Source: Callorhinchus milii (Eukaryota). Taken from it: DNA of 64,000 nt. The stretch lies in NCBI RefSeq assembly GCF_018977255.1, contig NW_024704743.1, positions 108,502,001 through 108,566,000 of the forward strand, written 5' to 3'. Of the stretch, positions 49,701 to 62,960 are shown one piece after another (the stretch's first letter is position 1; every line of letters starts with the position of its first letter). Position numbers and translations under genes: made by a program. The notes beneath the pieces were generated by a model. The model did not search any database and had not been told where the DNA came from. It worked only from the letters and a program-made list of their open reading frames with translations.

Positions 49701-50661
49701 TTTCCCTAGTTCTGTGGAGTTCATGAGCAACACAACCTACCTAGGCTGCATCAAACAGCTGTGTATACAAATGTTTAATGTCACAGATAAAATAACATAA
49801 TTTCTGACAGAAAAATGTCCATAGCATATGGATATCACTGGACCTTTTCAGAGGCTGGGCATAGTTATTACATTCAAAAAAACATATGCTAAAACATGGG
49901 ATTTATCCATATAAAATTATCACAATTATTCTCCTTAACTCACCAAATTACAGCATACATCATAATCATCATAAATGGTTAGTATGCAATTTTGACCCCA
50001 CAGTATTTTTAGAGACAGGATACATTACCTTATTTCCTCATACCAATACTGTATTTTCTGAATCTTTACCACATTAAATCACATCTGAAAATTTCACGCT
50101 AATGTTTCCCAGTATGATCTTTCAGCACCTTGCCTTCATGATGTAGACTTAAAACTGCAGATCACAGTTGATGCCGAATGTTTTGAAGCAGTGACATTGT
50201 TCTGCACATTGCATCTGAAGGAACTGTGAGGACCACATCTGATCAAATCCTGACTTTGTGAATAGTTCAGATACACAGAGTATGCATGTGGTAGTGTTAT
50301 CGTGCGTGTGTGAATGTGCGAGTGTGAGTGTGTGAGCGAGATTGTGTAAGTGGGGTTGTGAAATAGTTCCTGTTTGTTAATTTCACTGAGATTCATTCTT
50401 TTGACTTATTAATATGCTTTTTGGGAACTCCAGTGCATCTGTAAATGTATCAGATAACAGCAGCTAATGGCTGATGGATTGTAATGCAATGATATGCATC
50501 TTGTACTATTCTCAACAAAGCTGTTGAATAATAACTCATATTTTTATCACACTAATGAGTCACAATTATATATCACTAAATCATTAGGTGGTTCAGATGA
50601 AGAAGGCCCCTCATCCCGTCCAATCCCATTCCTTCAGAAATCCCACCCCACTGTATTCCCT

Positions 50662-51172
50662 TGACATCATAAAGTTGAGAGAGTGCAAAGGAGATTTACC
50701 AGGATGGTACCAGGGATGAGGGACTTCAGTTATCAGGAGAGGCTAGAGAAGCTTGGATTATTCTCCTTGGAGCAGAGAAGGTTAAGAGGAGACTTGATAG
50801 AAGTTTTCACAATTATGAGGGGATTCGATAGGATGAACAAGGAGAAACTATTTCCACTGGGAGGTGGGTCGGTAATCTGAAAACACTGATTTACAATAGT
50901 TGTTAAAAGAAACAGAGGGGAGGTGAGGAGAAATTATTTTACTCAGCGAGTTGTTCGGATCTGGAATGCATTGCCTGAAAATGGGTGGAAGCCGATTCGA
51001 TAACAGCTTTTAAGAGAGAAGTAGATAATTATTTGGGGAGGACAGGTTTGCAGGGCTATGGGGCAAGAGCGGGAGAGTGGGATTGAATTGGATAGCTCCT
51101 TTCAAAGAGCTGGCACAGACATGATGGGCTGAATGGCCTCCCTCTGTGCTGTATAATTCTATGATTCTATGA
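50662..51172 (+). mobile_element. CR1 LINE 3' fragment (ORF2 C-terminus, UTR and terminal repeat)
   Basis: KLERVQRRFTRMVPGMRDFSYQERLEKLGLFSLEQRRLRGDLIEVFTIMRGFD…FTQRVVRIWNALP; ends attctatgattctatga. Confidence 0.95.
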
Positions 51173-51354
51173 AAATATGCAGAAATATCACAGATCCATC
51201 ACATTCTACTGAGCACGGCAAACCTCCAGAGTGAAAGCAGAGCTGCAGGATATATATCCTCTGCAGTGCACTGGGTATTACTGAGAGCCACAATATGGCT
51301 GCTTGTGATTCCTAACCTAAATGTAGAAAAAGAAAGCAGTGAGGAGTTTGAGCT

Positions 51355-51530
51355 GCTCACGCCCACTCCTTTGCCCATGCGCTGTTCACTCAGGTGGCAC
51401 AGCCTTGCTGCGCATCCCTCGACCCCTCTAAGCCACCATTAGTTGCTGTTCCTTCAGTCACTACACCCCTAACCTCTGGAATTCCTTGCCTCAATCTGTT
51501 CATCTCACCCTCTCCATATCTATCTTTAAA
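51355..51530 (+). mobile_element. Degraded L2 3' fragment
   Basis: ccaccattagttgctgttccttcagtcactacacccctaacctctggaattccttgcct resembles 12653-12720 and 40926-40990. Confidence 0.55.
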
Positions 51531-51584
51531 TCGCTATGCAAACATTGCGTCAATCATATGTGCACTAACCTACATTGTCATAAT

Positions 51585-51865
51585 TCCTGGCACCTCACCC
51601 AAGTGACTGTATTTCACGTGTGACCTGGACAGTGAGTGCTTGTGGGTTAATTGGCCATGCAAGCAGCATTGCTTAACGTCTGAACATGTGCCCTTTCCAA
51701 TGAGGTTCACGTTATTGTGATCAGAACCAAACCTCACCTATAATTTATTCCCTAGCCTGGGGTCACTAAGACCAATCACAGTGAGGCCCCGAATGAGATT
51801 TACACACTAAGCAAAAACCACGGGTCACACCCCATAGGACCTTCCTGGTCTCCATGGCTCAGTGT
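51585..51865 (-). mobile_element. AmnSINE2-like relic
   Basis: cctcacccaagtgac…cacgtgtgacctggacagtgagtg…ccctagcctggggtcact…ggaccttcctggtctccatggctcag. Confidence 0.55.
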
Positions 51866-52400
51866 CAAATGAAAAACAAGTAACATTACTCCAAATGCTT
51901 TTGTGAGAAAGTCCATCAATGCAAATTCCAGAAATAAAATCTTGCAAAATGTTCCATTTTGCAGCTCTCAAAATAGCGCAGTTACTGACACTGTAATTCT
52001 TGCAAAATGCAGATTTCATTGTGAGCCACATGTTTATTAGTTACAACCTGATGCATTTAAATAGGATTCCACTTACAACCCACTCTATGAGCAGTGTATT
52101 TGAGCATGTGTTTCAATGGGTTATTTGAGTCACTGCAGCTTGTTGGTGCATTGTACAACTAGTACACACATTCTCAGTTATTACCATTTAACTAATAGGT
52201 TATGCCTAATGCTTAGTCGAATGCAGAATGTAAAATATGTGAATGCCTCATGGCATTATGGTATACTATGGGTTGGGGAGAGAATGCGGTATGTAATGTG
52301 ATATTTATCACCGGATGCAATTATCATATCACATCCCCCATTTTTCCTCCCATGGGGTGGTATTTACAAAATTTTACAACAGATTTCATGATCACATCTA

Positions 52401-52644
52401 CGGGGAGAAATTCCACCTGGGTTATAAATTTACTCTGGTTCTGCAGCATTTCAGAGTGTTTAGAATTTGGCAAATTGTTGAATTCAGTCTTAATGTTGAA
52501 AGTTTTTTTTTAGGGTTCTTATAAGAACTTACAGAAACTGGCATCAAAGTTAAGGCACTTTTTAAGAATTTGCCACATTGTGTGAGATGCTCTGAGATGC
52601 TAGATAAATAAAGTAAATCTAAATCCAGTTGGAATTTCTCCCCA
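52401..52644. mobile_element. Palindromic MITE family A, best-preserved copy
   Basis: TA|cggggagaaattccacctggg…aaatttact … agtaaatctaaatccagttggaatttctcccca|TA. Confidence 0.85.
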
Positions 52645-55600
52645 TAATGTGTCAGTTATGAAATGTCCATTGCATTACAAAGACTGAGTCACTTTTTAAT
52701 TTGGAATCACAATCATTGCTTTTCTTTTGTAAAGCTAGGGGGTTCTTACATTCACAAAATATCTGACCAGCAAATAATAATAATCCTTGTATTTGCATAT
52801 GGCTGCAAATGCAGCCTTATGTATCAAAAAAAGCAGCAGGAAAATATGAAACCTAAACTGCCTGTGTAATGGTGATATGGAATTCTACAGAGGATGCATG
52901 TTACCCAGTTTGTAGAAATTGCATGTCTTCCAGAAATGAAATGATGTAAAGGCTTTCAAGGATCTTTTATGATAGCCTAGTTAATGTGAGGGTTTGCAGC
53001 TCCCTAGATGAAGACGGTTTTAATATTTTAATGGAATGCAAATCAGTAATCCTTGTAATACACATATTAATTCCAAACTCATCAAGGCATTTCAAACTGT
53101 GCAAAATAAAAAATCTAGAAGAGTAGATAGGTCTTTCACCAGCGTGATACATTTGTAAAAAGTACAGTTTTCACCAGAGAACTGGATTGCTTACTTTCAG
53201 ATTTTAATGTGTCAGGATTATCAATTGTGAATGTTTTAAGAATATTGTGTTCTCATGATCCATTCTGCACCTGATAGAAAATCCCTCAATATATTACAAA
53301 TAAACACATTTATTTTTCCCCATATAAATTGCTTAACCTCAAATATTGCTGTTCACTGGATTCACAAACAGGTTTGTGGCAGTGCCAGTGTGATTTTTTT
53401 TCTGTGCATATATATATATATATGTGTGTTTGTGTGTGTGTGTGTTTTTCATCAAATTGAGGGATGTTAGTGATGTCAGTGCTGGGAGCACTTTTCCACT
53501 TTAAGCACAGTGTCAGCAACAAGCGCTCCCTGGTCAGGTATAGTACTGCAAAATAGAGTCAGCCTCCATCCCCTCAGCCCGCACAATGATGTGCTGCAAC
53601 TCAGTTAACTATGCTGCAGTGAAGTAATAAGCAACTCGATAAACAAAAGTCCTCAAAATCTCATCCATGTTTATAGAACTAAAAAACATGTTATCTAAAC
53701 ACCTAATAAAAAATTTCAAGTGATATTGGCATTTAGAATACAAATTTAAAAAGGCAATAATCAATCATTAGTTACAAATCTATTGAAATAAGTGCCTGTG
53801 AACCAGACACCACTGAGCCATTTGCACACAGCTCCACAAAATAAACAAACCTCGGTTCAACGTAACCAAGAGCAACGCACTTTAATATAATCCCCAAAAT
53901 ACTTCACACACTTGATGTGCTGAGGATAGCTTCAAAGCATTCTTAGTCCTTTTCGAGGGAGGCAGACGTTTTAGACATGTTACAATAGCACTGAAAAAAA
54001 TATTCAGAACTATGGACTGGTCTTGCTTGTATAAGAATCTTTGCCTCAATGCTCACTGATGGATCACCATACAAGGAAGCTGAGAGCTGTAACAACATTA
54101 AGCATGGTATCATGGGAGTCTCTTGTGTACGCTTTTATTTGCAGCAGTCAGGTTAATGAGCCCACCAGCCCACTTGATGTTGAGGGCCTCATAACAAAGA
54201 ATACTCTCATTAAACACTCTCTGGCATTGCGTTCGGAAACAAAGTGACATTCAGAGTGTTGAATGCATTTGTGCTGGTTGTTCCTGCCAGGCTGCAGCGC
54301 CAGTCATGGCATCGATCCTACAATGTCCTGGCAGCCATCCAGTGACACAGCGGCCTCTCCAGTGTGCAGGGGCATTTGCCAATCTAAGCAACATCGGTAC
54401 ACAAATAAGCATGGCACACGACAGGCCTGGCGAGCAGCCAAATTGAAGCAGCTGAGCGGGCTGACTTTCTTCCTAATGTGTTTGAAATCAAGTCCTCCCC
54501 ATTCATTCTCTTCATGCCGATTCGCTTTCGCTTCCACAATGAAAGAAAAATAGTCTGTAAAACAGACATTTCGTATCTGGATTTATAACATGCCTTCTTT
54601 ATAAACTTAGCAAACTTAAGCCTTTTCCTCGAGCATTAACCGAGCCTCTACTGCGAGACAAACTCTTCATTACAGTGACCTGAGAGTGTTATCAGCTCGC
54701 TAGCAGGTGTGCTCCTTTATCACAGGCTTCCACACACCAAGGCATGACGGGTAAAGAACCCTTAACTTAAGGATTCAACTCATGCATGCGTTATTCATGA
54801 GATTCAGTGTTTAGGACCAATTCACAGGGCAAAAAAATATTTTCGTGGAGAATTGATCACATGACTTGTCTTTTTAAGTGGGGAATACAACATAGTGGTT
54901 GAGGCACGCTTTTTTTTCCAAAATGTCGAAGTCAAAGATCTTTGGGTTTGCATTAGTGCTCGAAGGAGACAAACATACTCTTCATCTCAACCCTTTCCCT
55001 TAAGTGGCAGACGGAATAATCACACATTCATATCATTTTGCAATTAAATATTTATGCTTCCAGCCAATTAGAAAATATACTCTATCACCCACATATATAT
55101 ATCTATATGCAGTAGCTGCTCTGTTGAAAGTCCTTCAGGTTCATTTACACAAATTATTGTGCCTCACAAAAAAGTAAAAGATGTATGGTTTTCCTCAGCT
55201 CTTCCTGGTTCAAAATAATACTGATAATTTTTGGATTTGATATCACACCTTCCCATCAGGTGGACATTTCAGGATTTTTCTGTAAAGTGCAATGACTGTA
55301 TATTTTTAAGACAAAAATAAGTCCTGTCTTATTGTTATTTAAAGTGCAGGTTTTTCCCTTTCCCCTTTCAATTTTATTGATAAAGTCCTAAGAGATAGAA
55401 TGGTTTTACCTGTACAAGCAGCAGGAAGCTTGACAGACAATGCTCTCAAGGGCAAGCTATGCGGTTAAACCCCAATAGTACCACAACACAAATTTTGGGG
55501 TCCCCAAGCCTTGGTTTTCAGCACACAGCACCTACTCTCCTGATTTAGATAATCAGAGTGTGTCCTTCCAGGGAGAGAATGCACATTCCATTTCAAACAC

Positions 55601-57394
55601 AAGGGAAATTTCCCTTTGTATGTGAAATGGATATGTGAAACTTTTTTGGGGATACTGTTAAACACAGTGATGGGTGTCAGACCAAAAAAACAAATGATTA
55701 TGAATCCTCAAAAGAACCACTGGTGAAATCTGTACACTCTATATTTGATAAAAAGCAAGACACAACGTGTGCATTAACTATCAGAACCCATGATGCTTTT
55801 GAAACAGATAGTTTAATGTTTATTTATTTGATCCAACCCACATTGATAACAGGTATTCAATCCGACAATCATTGGAACAATTCCGACAGACGACACACAG
55901 GTTCACTTCTGACCCAGCTCACAGAATCCCAATTCAAACTTGCATCACTTGCAAGATATTCCTCATCACTTAGGACCCTTCAAGGTTGTAGTTTTGCAGA
56001 AATTAATCGTTTTGGGAAGCCAACAATAAAGAGAGCAAAATCAAAAAGGACTGAACCGACTGATGTTTCTGAGTTGTCCGCACTCTTAGATCTGGGGTTA
56101 GAAGGGTTAAACTTGCAGACAGTGCTTCCCTCCCTCCACCTCGCTATTTATGGAACCCGCAGAAACAGCTGAGCTGACTGCAGTGATGTCATGCACTGAT
56201 GGAATGCGTTTCTCCTGCTGCACATTCGGAGGCTGCCTGTGTCTCCTGAAGTCTCCATCAGGCAGCTCCATGGTGAGAATGTATTAGCGAGCTGAGGCAC
56301 TAATTCACAGGTACCAATCAATATCACACTGCTGACTCTCTCCTGACCTCTTACCTCCCACCCCCCCCCCCCCCCCCCCCCCCCACCACCATCAAGCAGA
56401 CTGCCAGGAAACCCTGCGTCTCACCGACACTTGGAGAAAGCTGCCTCGCTATAACTGCTGGTTTCCACAATCAATCAAAGATCCTTTTTTGTGAATAGAA
56501 TAGAGCCTAAGAGCTGCAGCACAGGCGGCTAATTTTAGGGTGATCAGCTTCCAGTTCTACTAGCCTGTGGTTTGCTTGACCTCAGCTGTCCATTTGAAGG
56601 CCATTTTTATGGATTCCATTGATTAAATATTTTAGCGTTTTGCTTTCCTTATCATGAATCCTTTAAGTGATCTGTAAGAAAAAGCATGGATTTTTCCATC
56701 CCCCTCCCCCCATCCCCACCCAGAACATGCATACATATATTCAATGAGCCTCTGGGCATTTTAACAGTCCCTAAAAGAACATAGTTGCCTAGCAACTCTC
56801 GTGTTACCATGGAGAATCCATGGGTAAGCAGCTGCTGCAATCAGCATTAACACCAGGCTTCCAGGCAAATCATACCGATACATAAGGGAATGTTTGGAGA
56901 GCGATGGCAGAGAAAGGGAAGTTGCCTATATAATGTTATTCATTAAATAGATGTACCGCTTTTAATATTTCTCGATTGCTGTTTATGTCTACATTGACCG
57001 GCATAAAAATAAAAACAGTGAGTATTCAGCCCATCCTTCTAAATCAAATGGCACCTACCATCCCTTCTGCTGTAGTCTAGATTTTTTTTTCTCAATTTGT
57101 CACGTAGAGTTTCCAGGGAACAAATCAAATTAACCTGTGCCATGTATTATACAGGTGATCACTCCAATACTGGCACACATTTTATCTCTCTACATGCAAA
57201 TGCTGGTAAAATATGACAAAGCTTTGTTATCTTCCTTTGCACTAAAACTTAAACAAAAAAATTATGGAATAGCCGTTCCCTAAACATCAGTGTTGGGCTC
57301 AAATTGGTCCATGAAAACCCTTTCTTGTAACAGTCGTCACCTATGGTTCAGATGCAATTTACCCAATGGTTTATCAAGCAAAATAGCACTTCCA

Positions 57395-57687
57395 TTTCTT
57401 CCTTCAGATGAGATGTTAAAACAAGGTCCTGCGTGCCTTTTCAGGTGGGCATAAAAAGACCCTATAGCGCTATTTAAAAACCGAGGTTCTCCTGGTGTCC
57501 TGGCCAACATTCCCCCTAATAATATTGGTCATTCACTTCATGATTGTTTGTGGGACATTGCTGTACACAAATTGGCTGCTGCGTTCACCCACCAAGTACA
57601 ACAGTCACTGTACTTTGCAGTGTATCCATTGAAGTGCTTCAGGATATCTTCCTGAAAAGTATTAAATCTAATGAGAATTATTATTAA
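57395..57687 (+). mobile_element. Deu-domain SINE (5'-truncated)
   Basis: ccttcagatgagatgttaaa…tcaggtgggcataaaaagaccc…tctcctggtgtcctggccaacatt…tgtttgtgggacattgctgt…aattggctgctgcgtt. Confidence 0.85.
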
Positions 57688-57950
57688 AAAGCAAGCTCCG
57701 GATGCCATCTCAGTTGAAAATCTGGTCTATATCTATCTCCTATAATGTGCTATCTTGTCTGCAGTTTCAGAAAGTAAACGGTCTCCTATTCATTAGCATT
57801 TTGAACAAATCAACCAGAGACTGGAGAATCTAGACATATGCTGCACTCAACATACCAATTGTATTTAGATCGTGGACTTCTGGCTGGTTACACCACCAAA
57901 GCTGATTAGTTTACATTGAAAAGTTCAGTCAACCATTCTTCCATACTAAA

Positions 57951-58256
57951 GTTAGAGCACTCGCTTTGCAAGCGAGAGACCTGAGTTCAATTCCAGGCAG
58001 GGCGAAACCTTGGGCAAGTTTCCTTACTCCACACGCCTAATAATAATCCCTCCAAAAAACCCAAAAACAATAATAAATTGGTCATTTTCAATCTACGACT
58101 GTTTGTGGGACATTGCTGTGCGCAATTGGCTGCCGCGTTCGCCCACAAATATACAGTCAATTCACTTTACAGTATATTCTGTGAAGCGCTTTGGGACGTC
58201 CTCCCGACGTGAAAAGCGCTATATCAAATGCAAGGATTATTATTATTATTATTATT
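57951..58256 (+). mobile_element. Young tRNA(Ala)-SINE, lacking the first ~22 nt
   Basis: Differs from the 20206 copy only by 2 substitutions and homopolymer length changes. Confidence 0.95.
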
Positions 58257-58376
58257 AAAGGTTTCTCATTCTAACAGCACCTCTACTTCCCAAATACCAT
58301 CACCATTAATAATCCATTACATATAGATATTTATGAAGTTCTGTGAAGGTCACTAGAAGAATTGGTGGAAGTTATT

Positions 58377-58692
58377 ATAATAATAGTAATAATAATAATA
58401 ATCCTTGCACTTGATATAGCGCTTTTCATGTCTTCTAGACGTCTCAAAGCGCTTCACAGAATAGACTGTAAAGTGAATTGACTGTATATTTATGGGTGAA
58501 ATGCGGCAGCCAATTGCCCACAAACAGTTATTGATTAAAATGACCAATTTATTATTGTTTTTTTTTCTTGAGGAATTATTATCAGGCGTGTGAAGTAAGG
58601 AAACTTGCCTAAGGTTTCACCCTGCCGGGAATCGAACGCAGGTCTCGCACTTGCAAAGCGAGTGCTCTAACCACTGAACTACAGGACTCCAC
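58377..58692 (-). mobile_element. Full-length tRNA(Ala)-SINE, antisense
   Basis: Reverse complement begins gtggagtcctgtagttcagtggttagagcactcgctttgcaagtg…gttcgattcccggcaggg and ends in (ATT)n. Confidence 0.95.
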
Positions 58693-58696
58693 ATCT

Positions 58697-59014
58697 TAAT
58701 AATAATAATTCTTGCATTTTGATATCGCGCTTTTCACGTCTTCTAGACATCTCAAAGCGCTTCACAGAATATACTGTAACGTGAATTGAATGTATATTTG
58801 TGAGCAAAACATGGCGGCCAATTGCGCACAGCAGTGTCCCACAAACAGTTGTGAAATGAAGTGACCAATTTATTATTGTTTTTTTTTTCTTGAGAGATTA
58901 TTATCAGGCACTTGGAGTAGGGAAACCTGCCCAAAATTTCGACCTGCCGGGAATCAAACCCATGTCTCTTGCTTGTGAGGTGAGAGCTCTAACCCCTGAG
59001 CTACAGGACTCCAC
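58697..59014 (-). mobile_element. Full-length tRNA(Ala)-SINE, antisense, more diverged, tandem to the previous copy
   Basis: Reverse complement begins gtggagtcctgtagctcaggggttagagc; same body and tail. Confidence 0.92.
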
Positions 59015-60209
59015 ATTCTTTATTATAAGTTGCTGTAGCATTGATGTTTGGATCATTCATTGGTATTAATTTTTGAGGTAGTGTAATAGCTTTTCATTTT
59101 ATTCTTTTAAGGACATGACAAGTGACTTGTCTCTAACTATCAGGGTCTTGATTTAATTCTTTTTTGTGGATAGCCATGAAGTTTGTTTTGTTTGATTATG
59201 GAGAAGCCCATGAAGCAACAAGTTCCTTAGGGTTTTGAGGATGAGAGTCAATGACGTCACACCAAGCAACTTTTCCAAGATCACATTTTTGAAAGAAATT
59301 TGAGCTTTTGTTGTGTCTAATAAGATTCGTGCATTTTGGAATTTCAATTTCAGATAATATCAGCAAATATGGTCATATGGTCTTATTGACAGCTCGGTCG
59401 GTGGTGATGATTCATTATCATCAATCAGGATCTAGGATTGGCACTCATGGGAAGTATAAATATCATCCAGACTGGATGTGGCAAATGGTCTGTTTCTGAG
59501 GTGTACTTTCTATGAATTTATGAAACTACCATGTATATCTTTGAGCATAATCGTGACCTTTTAAATTCCAGAGAATTTTCATGTTCCATCCATGGAACTC
59601 ACGCTTTGAATTGGATAATCTTACACACGGTGACAAACCGACATTCAAACTTTTTTTTTACAAATATCATATTTTTCTGTGATCATAAATGTGACCTATA
59701 TTACGTTGGTTCTCTGTGGTTTTGACTTGTCTTCTTTGGGGCTGCCAGAGGGAGGGGGAGATTTCTATGCTCATTAAGATGAGAGATGTCAGTTCTGGGG
59801 AATGCCACACTTCCCACTTATGTCACCAATTAAGTGATCCAAGGTCACTATTCATGGTTAGATTAAGAATAAAACTCTCTTTACTCTCCCATCAATAGTG
59901 CCTTTCCTCTAACCTCAGAAGAGCATCCTCTTACTACACACGTCACCCCTCTGTGTTTTCTGAGTTTAGTGACAATTAGTGCCAAATTCTGTGGCAAATA
60001 GAGTCAAATTCTAGGAAGTTTTATGAAGTGTATTCATTCGTTACCCTATACTCATTTCATGTGGGACCCTTATATTCAGACTTCAATTCTGGGTCATATC
60101 CAAGTTGATTTTTCACTTTCATATTCATCTTCCTTCCTCTTTCATAACCTAATAACTTAAATATTATTGTAACGTCTCATTCAAGGCTTTTTTGAGGAAA
60201 AAATCCACT

Positions 60210-60390
60210 TTTGTATTTGGTATACAACGCCTTATCAAGTTGGGACGATGCTTTAAAGCATTTCACAGGATTTAGTAAAGTGCAATGACTGTGTATCTTG
60301 TTGTCGCAAACATAACCAACTTTACACAGCAGTGTCCCAATCATGAACTGACTAACCAATTTTAACTTGCCAATTGTTGGCCAGGACAAC
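60210..60390 (-). mobile_element. Deu-domain SINE fragment
   Basis: gccttatca…aaagcatttcacagg…aagtgcaatgactgtg…cacagcagtgtcccaa…ttgttggccaggaca. Confidence 0.7.
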
Positions 60391-61094
60391 AATAGTGGGA
60401 ACCAAGGATGTAGGCAGTAGAAGGAGAGGGGAATTATTCTATTTATTGAGCATTTTATGACATTTAAAATGAAGGTTGTATTTAAGGATTTGTCAAATGT
60501 TGGACCTTCTAAAATGCTACCTACATAGAATTAATCTGAACCCAGACGGAATTTCTTCTAATTTATTTTGTTTGCTGACCTAACATAAGGATAGGTACAT
60601 GGGGTGGAGATGTGTTTGTAGTGACTCAGCAGTGATTACGAATCAGATAAATTATGCTCAGAGGTTGATTCTAAGCCGCTGTCTCTTACTGGATTCAGGA
60701 TGAATTTCCTCATTTGCATTTCAAACAACTATAATTATAAAGAAAACAGTTTTAACATTGATTTGTGAATACTTTTACATCTCTTCACATAAATTACAAT
60801 TTCCATTCCGTCTTCATAGTCAATGGAGCATACAGAAAGTTTAAAGTGTTTTGCTGTTTTCTCAGATATCTTGGCAAATCCAGGACTCGGTCACCATTTT
60901 GACTGTGCTTCTCCTGACATATTCATCTTTTTCTTTCTGCGTATCAGTGTTGTACATCAACCCATACTTTAAAGACCACGTATGTATGACTACATGATAC
61001 ACTAGCACTCATTGATTGGAAAGCTCATGGTGATGTTTCCTGACAGAAATCTTTACATTGCACGTTAACATTAAGATCACATTTACCAGACCCT

Positions 61095-61420
61095 TGTGGG
61101 TTCAAGCCCCAACTTTCTAACTCTCCACTGCAGTTTTGGAGGAATGTTATGAACGCTTAGTGTTTTGGGTGAGATGTTAAATCTAGGTTCCATTTTTCTG
61201 ATCAGGTGGGTGTTAAAGATCCTATCACATTCTTCAAAAGGAGAAAGGAGTTTTACGCAGTTGTCCTGGTCAGATTCATTGACATCAAAGCTTTTGTGGG
61301 ACCTTGTTGGTGCAAATTGACTGCCACACCTAAAATAAAGTCACCACATTTGATCATAATTGCCTATGAAATGCTTTGAGACATTTTGTTGATAATGTGC
61401 TATAAAAATACAAGTTGTTT
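61095..61420 (+). mobile_element. Degraded Deu-domain SINE
   Basis: ttgtgggttcaagcccc…gagatgttaaa…caggtgggtgttaaagatcc…tgtcctgg…tgcaaattgactgcc…tgaaatgctttgagaca…gtgctataaaaatacaag. Confidence 0.7.
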
Positions 61421-62652
61421 CTTCTTTTCTTTCCTTGGCATATATAATGTGGAGCTTGAACGCACAACCATCTGAGTCAAAGGTGAGCGTGGTGACAACC
61501 AAGCCAGACTGACACCTGGAAACAGACTCCACTCTGCTGAGGTGATATCCAAGGTAGAATGTCAGGCCTTAAATACCCAATTTCTTATTAGTGTGTGGTG
61601 AGAAGTAGGTTTGGAAAAATGTGCCCAAATGTTTCTGGGGGCTGGGATGTTGTACAGCACTGAAATACTTTGGGGATAATTATTTTGGTAAATGCCTCCT
61701 CTTGATGTTCTTCAATTACAATGCACTGCTCTCTGCTTGGATTGATGGCTCTTTGTTTTTCAAGACCAAATTAACAGAAATGCTGCCTTTTTTCCACTCT
61801 GCTTTTACCCGGCATTATTAAGAATCAGGCAGCCAGAACAATTAAAGTGAAAATACTCATGGAGTTGCATTTGAAAATGTAGACAATTATCTAACAAGCT
61901 GCTTTACACTGCCCGCACCCCCCCACCCCCCAACCCCTATATTTTTCGTAAGTGAACACACTAGCCAATTCATTGGCAACTGATGTAATTGATTTGAAGT
62001 CATATATCAGGTATGATTATTGTCTTCTTACAAATATGACTGCTTATAGTTTGCATCAGCAGAAAAAATAATTGATAGAGCAATGCAGTGAAAGCCACAC
62101 ACATAGTTCTGCAAATCAGAAAATCTGAATGAACAAAGACAACAAAGAGGAAAGCTCTTCAGAATAAAAGGACAAGGGCTGCTGTTAAGAGAGTCCATCA
62201 AGTCTATTCTATAAACAGTAATGGTAGGATCAGACCAGGTTAATATGGGGACACTGTGTAGTAAAAGTAGGCTCACCCTCTTTAATCCTTTCAAATCCGG
62301 TGGTTCATTTACCGTCATTATAATCTTCCACAATGTGGACCATTTGAGCAATAATGGTAGGAGCTATCTACAGGACTAAATGGTTCACTCAAGTTATTTT
62401 TTTAATTCAGGAATTCTAGGTTTTATTATCAATTCTTGTTATTTTTGCAGTCAATTGTAATCATCTAGTTCTTTTTGTCCCCACCAGTGCAACTGTGTCC
62501 AGGGCATCTCTATCAAGGGAAACCAAAAGTACAAGTAACTCAGAACTGAGGCAACTCTTTTTCATTCTGGCTCAAAAATCGAAATAATTTCCTTTAAATA
62601 CTATGTTATTTACATGCTTACTTTCATCTGCACTGATTTAGCAGTGCTTATT

Positions 62653-62960
62653 TGGGAGAAATTCTAGCAAGATCTAGATGTACTCTACTAAAAACAATTG
62701 GCCACCTCAATCCACAACTGTTTGTGGGACACTGCTGTGTGCAATTGGCTGCCGCATTTCGCCCACAAAAATATACAGTCAATTCACTTTACAGTATATT
62801 CTGTGAAGCGCTTTGAGAGGTCTCGAAGACACCAAGGCACTATATCAAAATTCAAAGATGATTATTATTATTATTATTTTAGAGCAACCGGAATTTGGTA
62901 AATTGTTGAGTTCAGTCATAACTTTTTAAAAGAACTTTCAGAAAAATGGCTTTAAAAATT
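62653..62960. mobile_element. MITE family A remnant interrupted by a sense SINE 3' half (62697-62878)
   Basis: tgggagaaattctagcaagatctagatgtactct, then SINE (ctgtttgtgggacactgctgtgtgcaattggctgccgc…(ATT)n), then the MITE resumes with tttagagca…gaatttggtaaattgttgagttcagtc. Confidence 0.75.
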
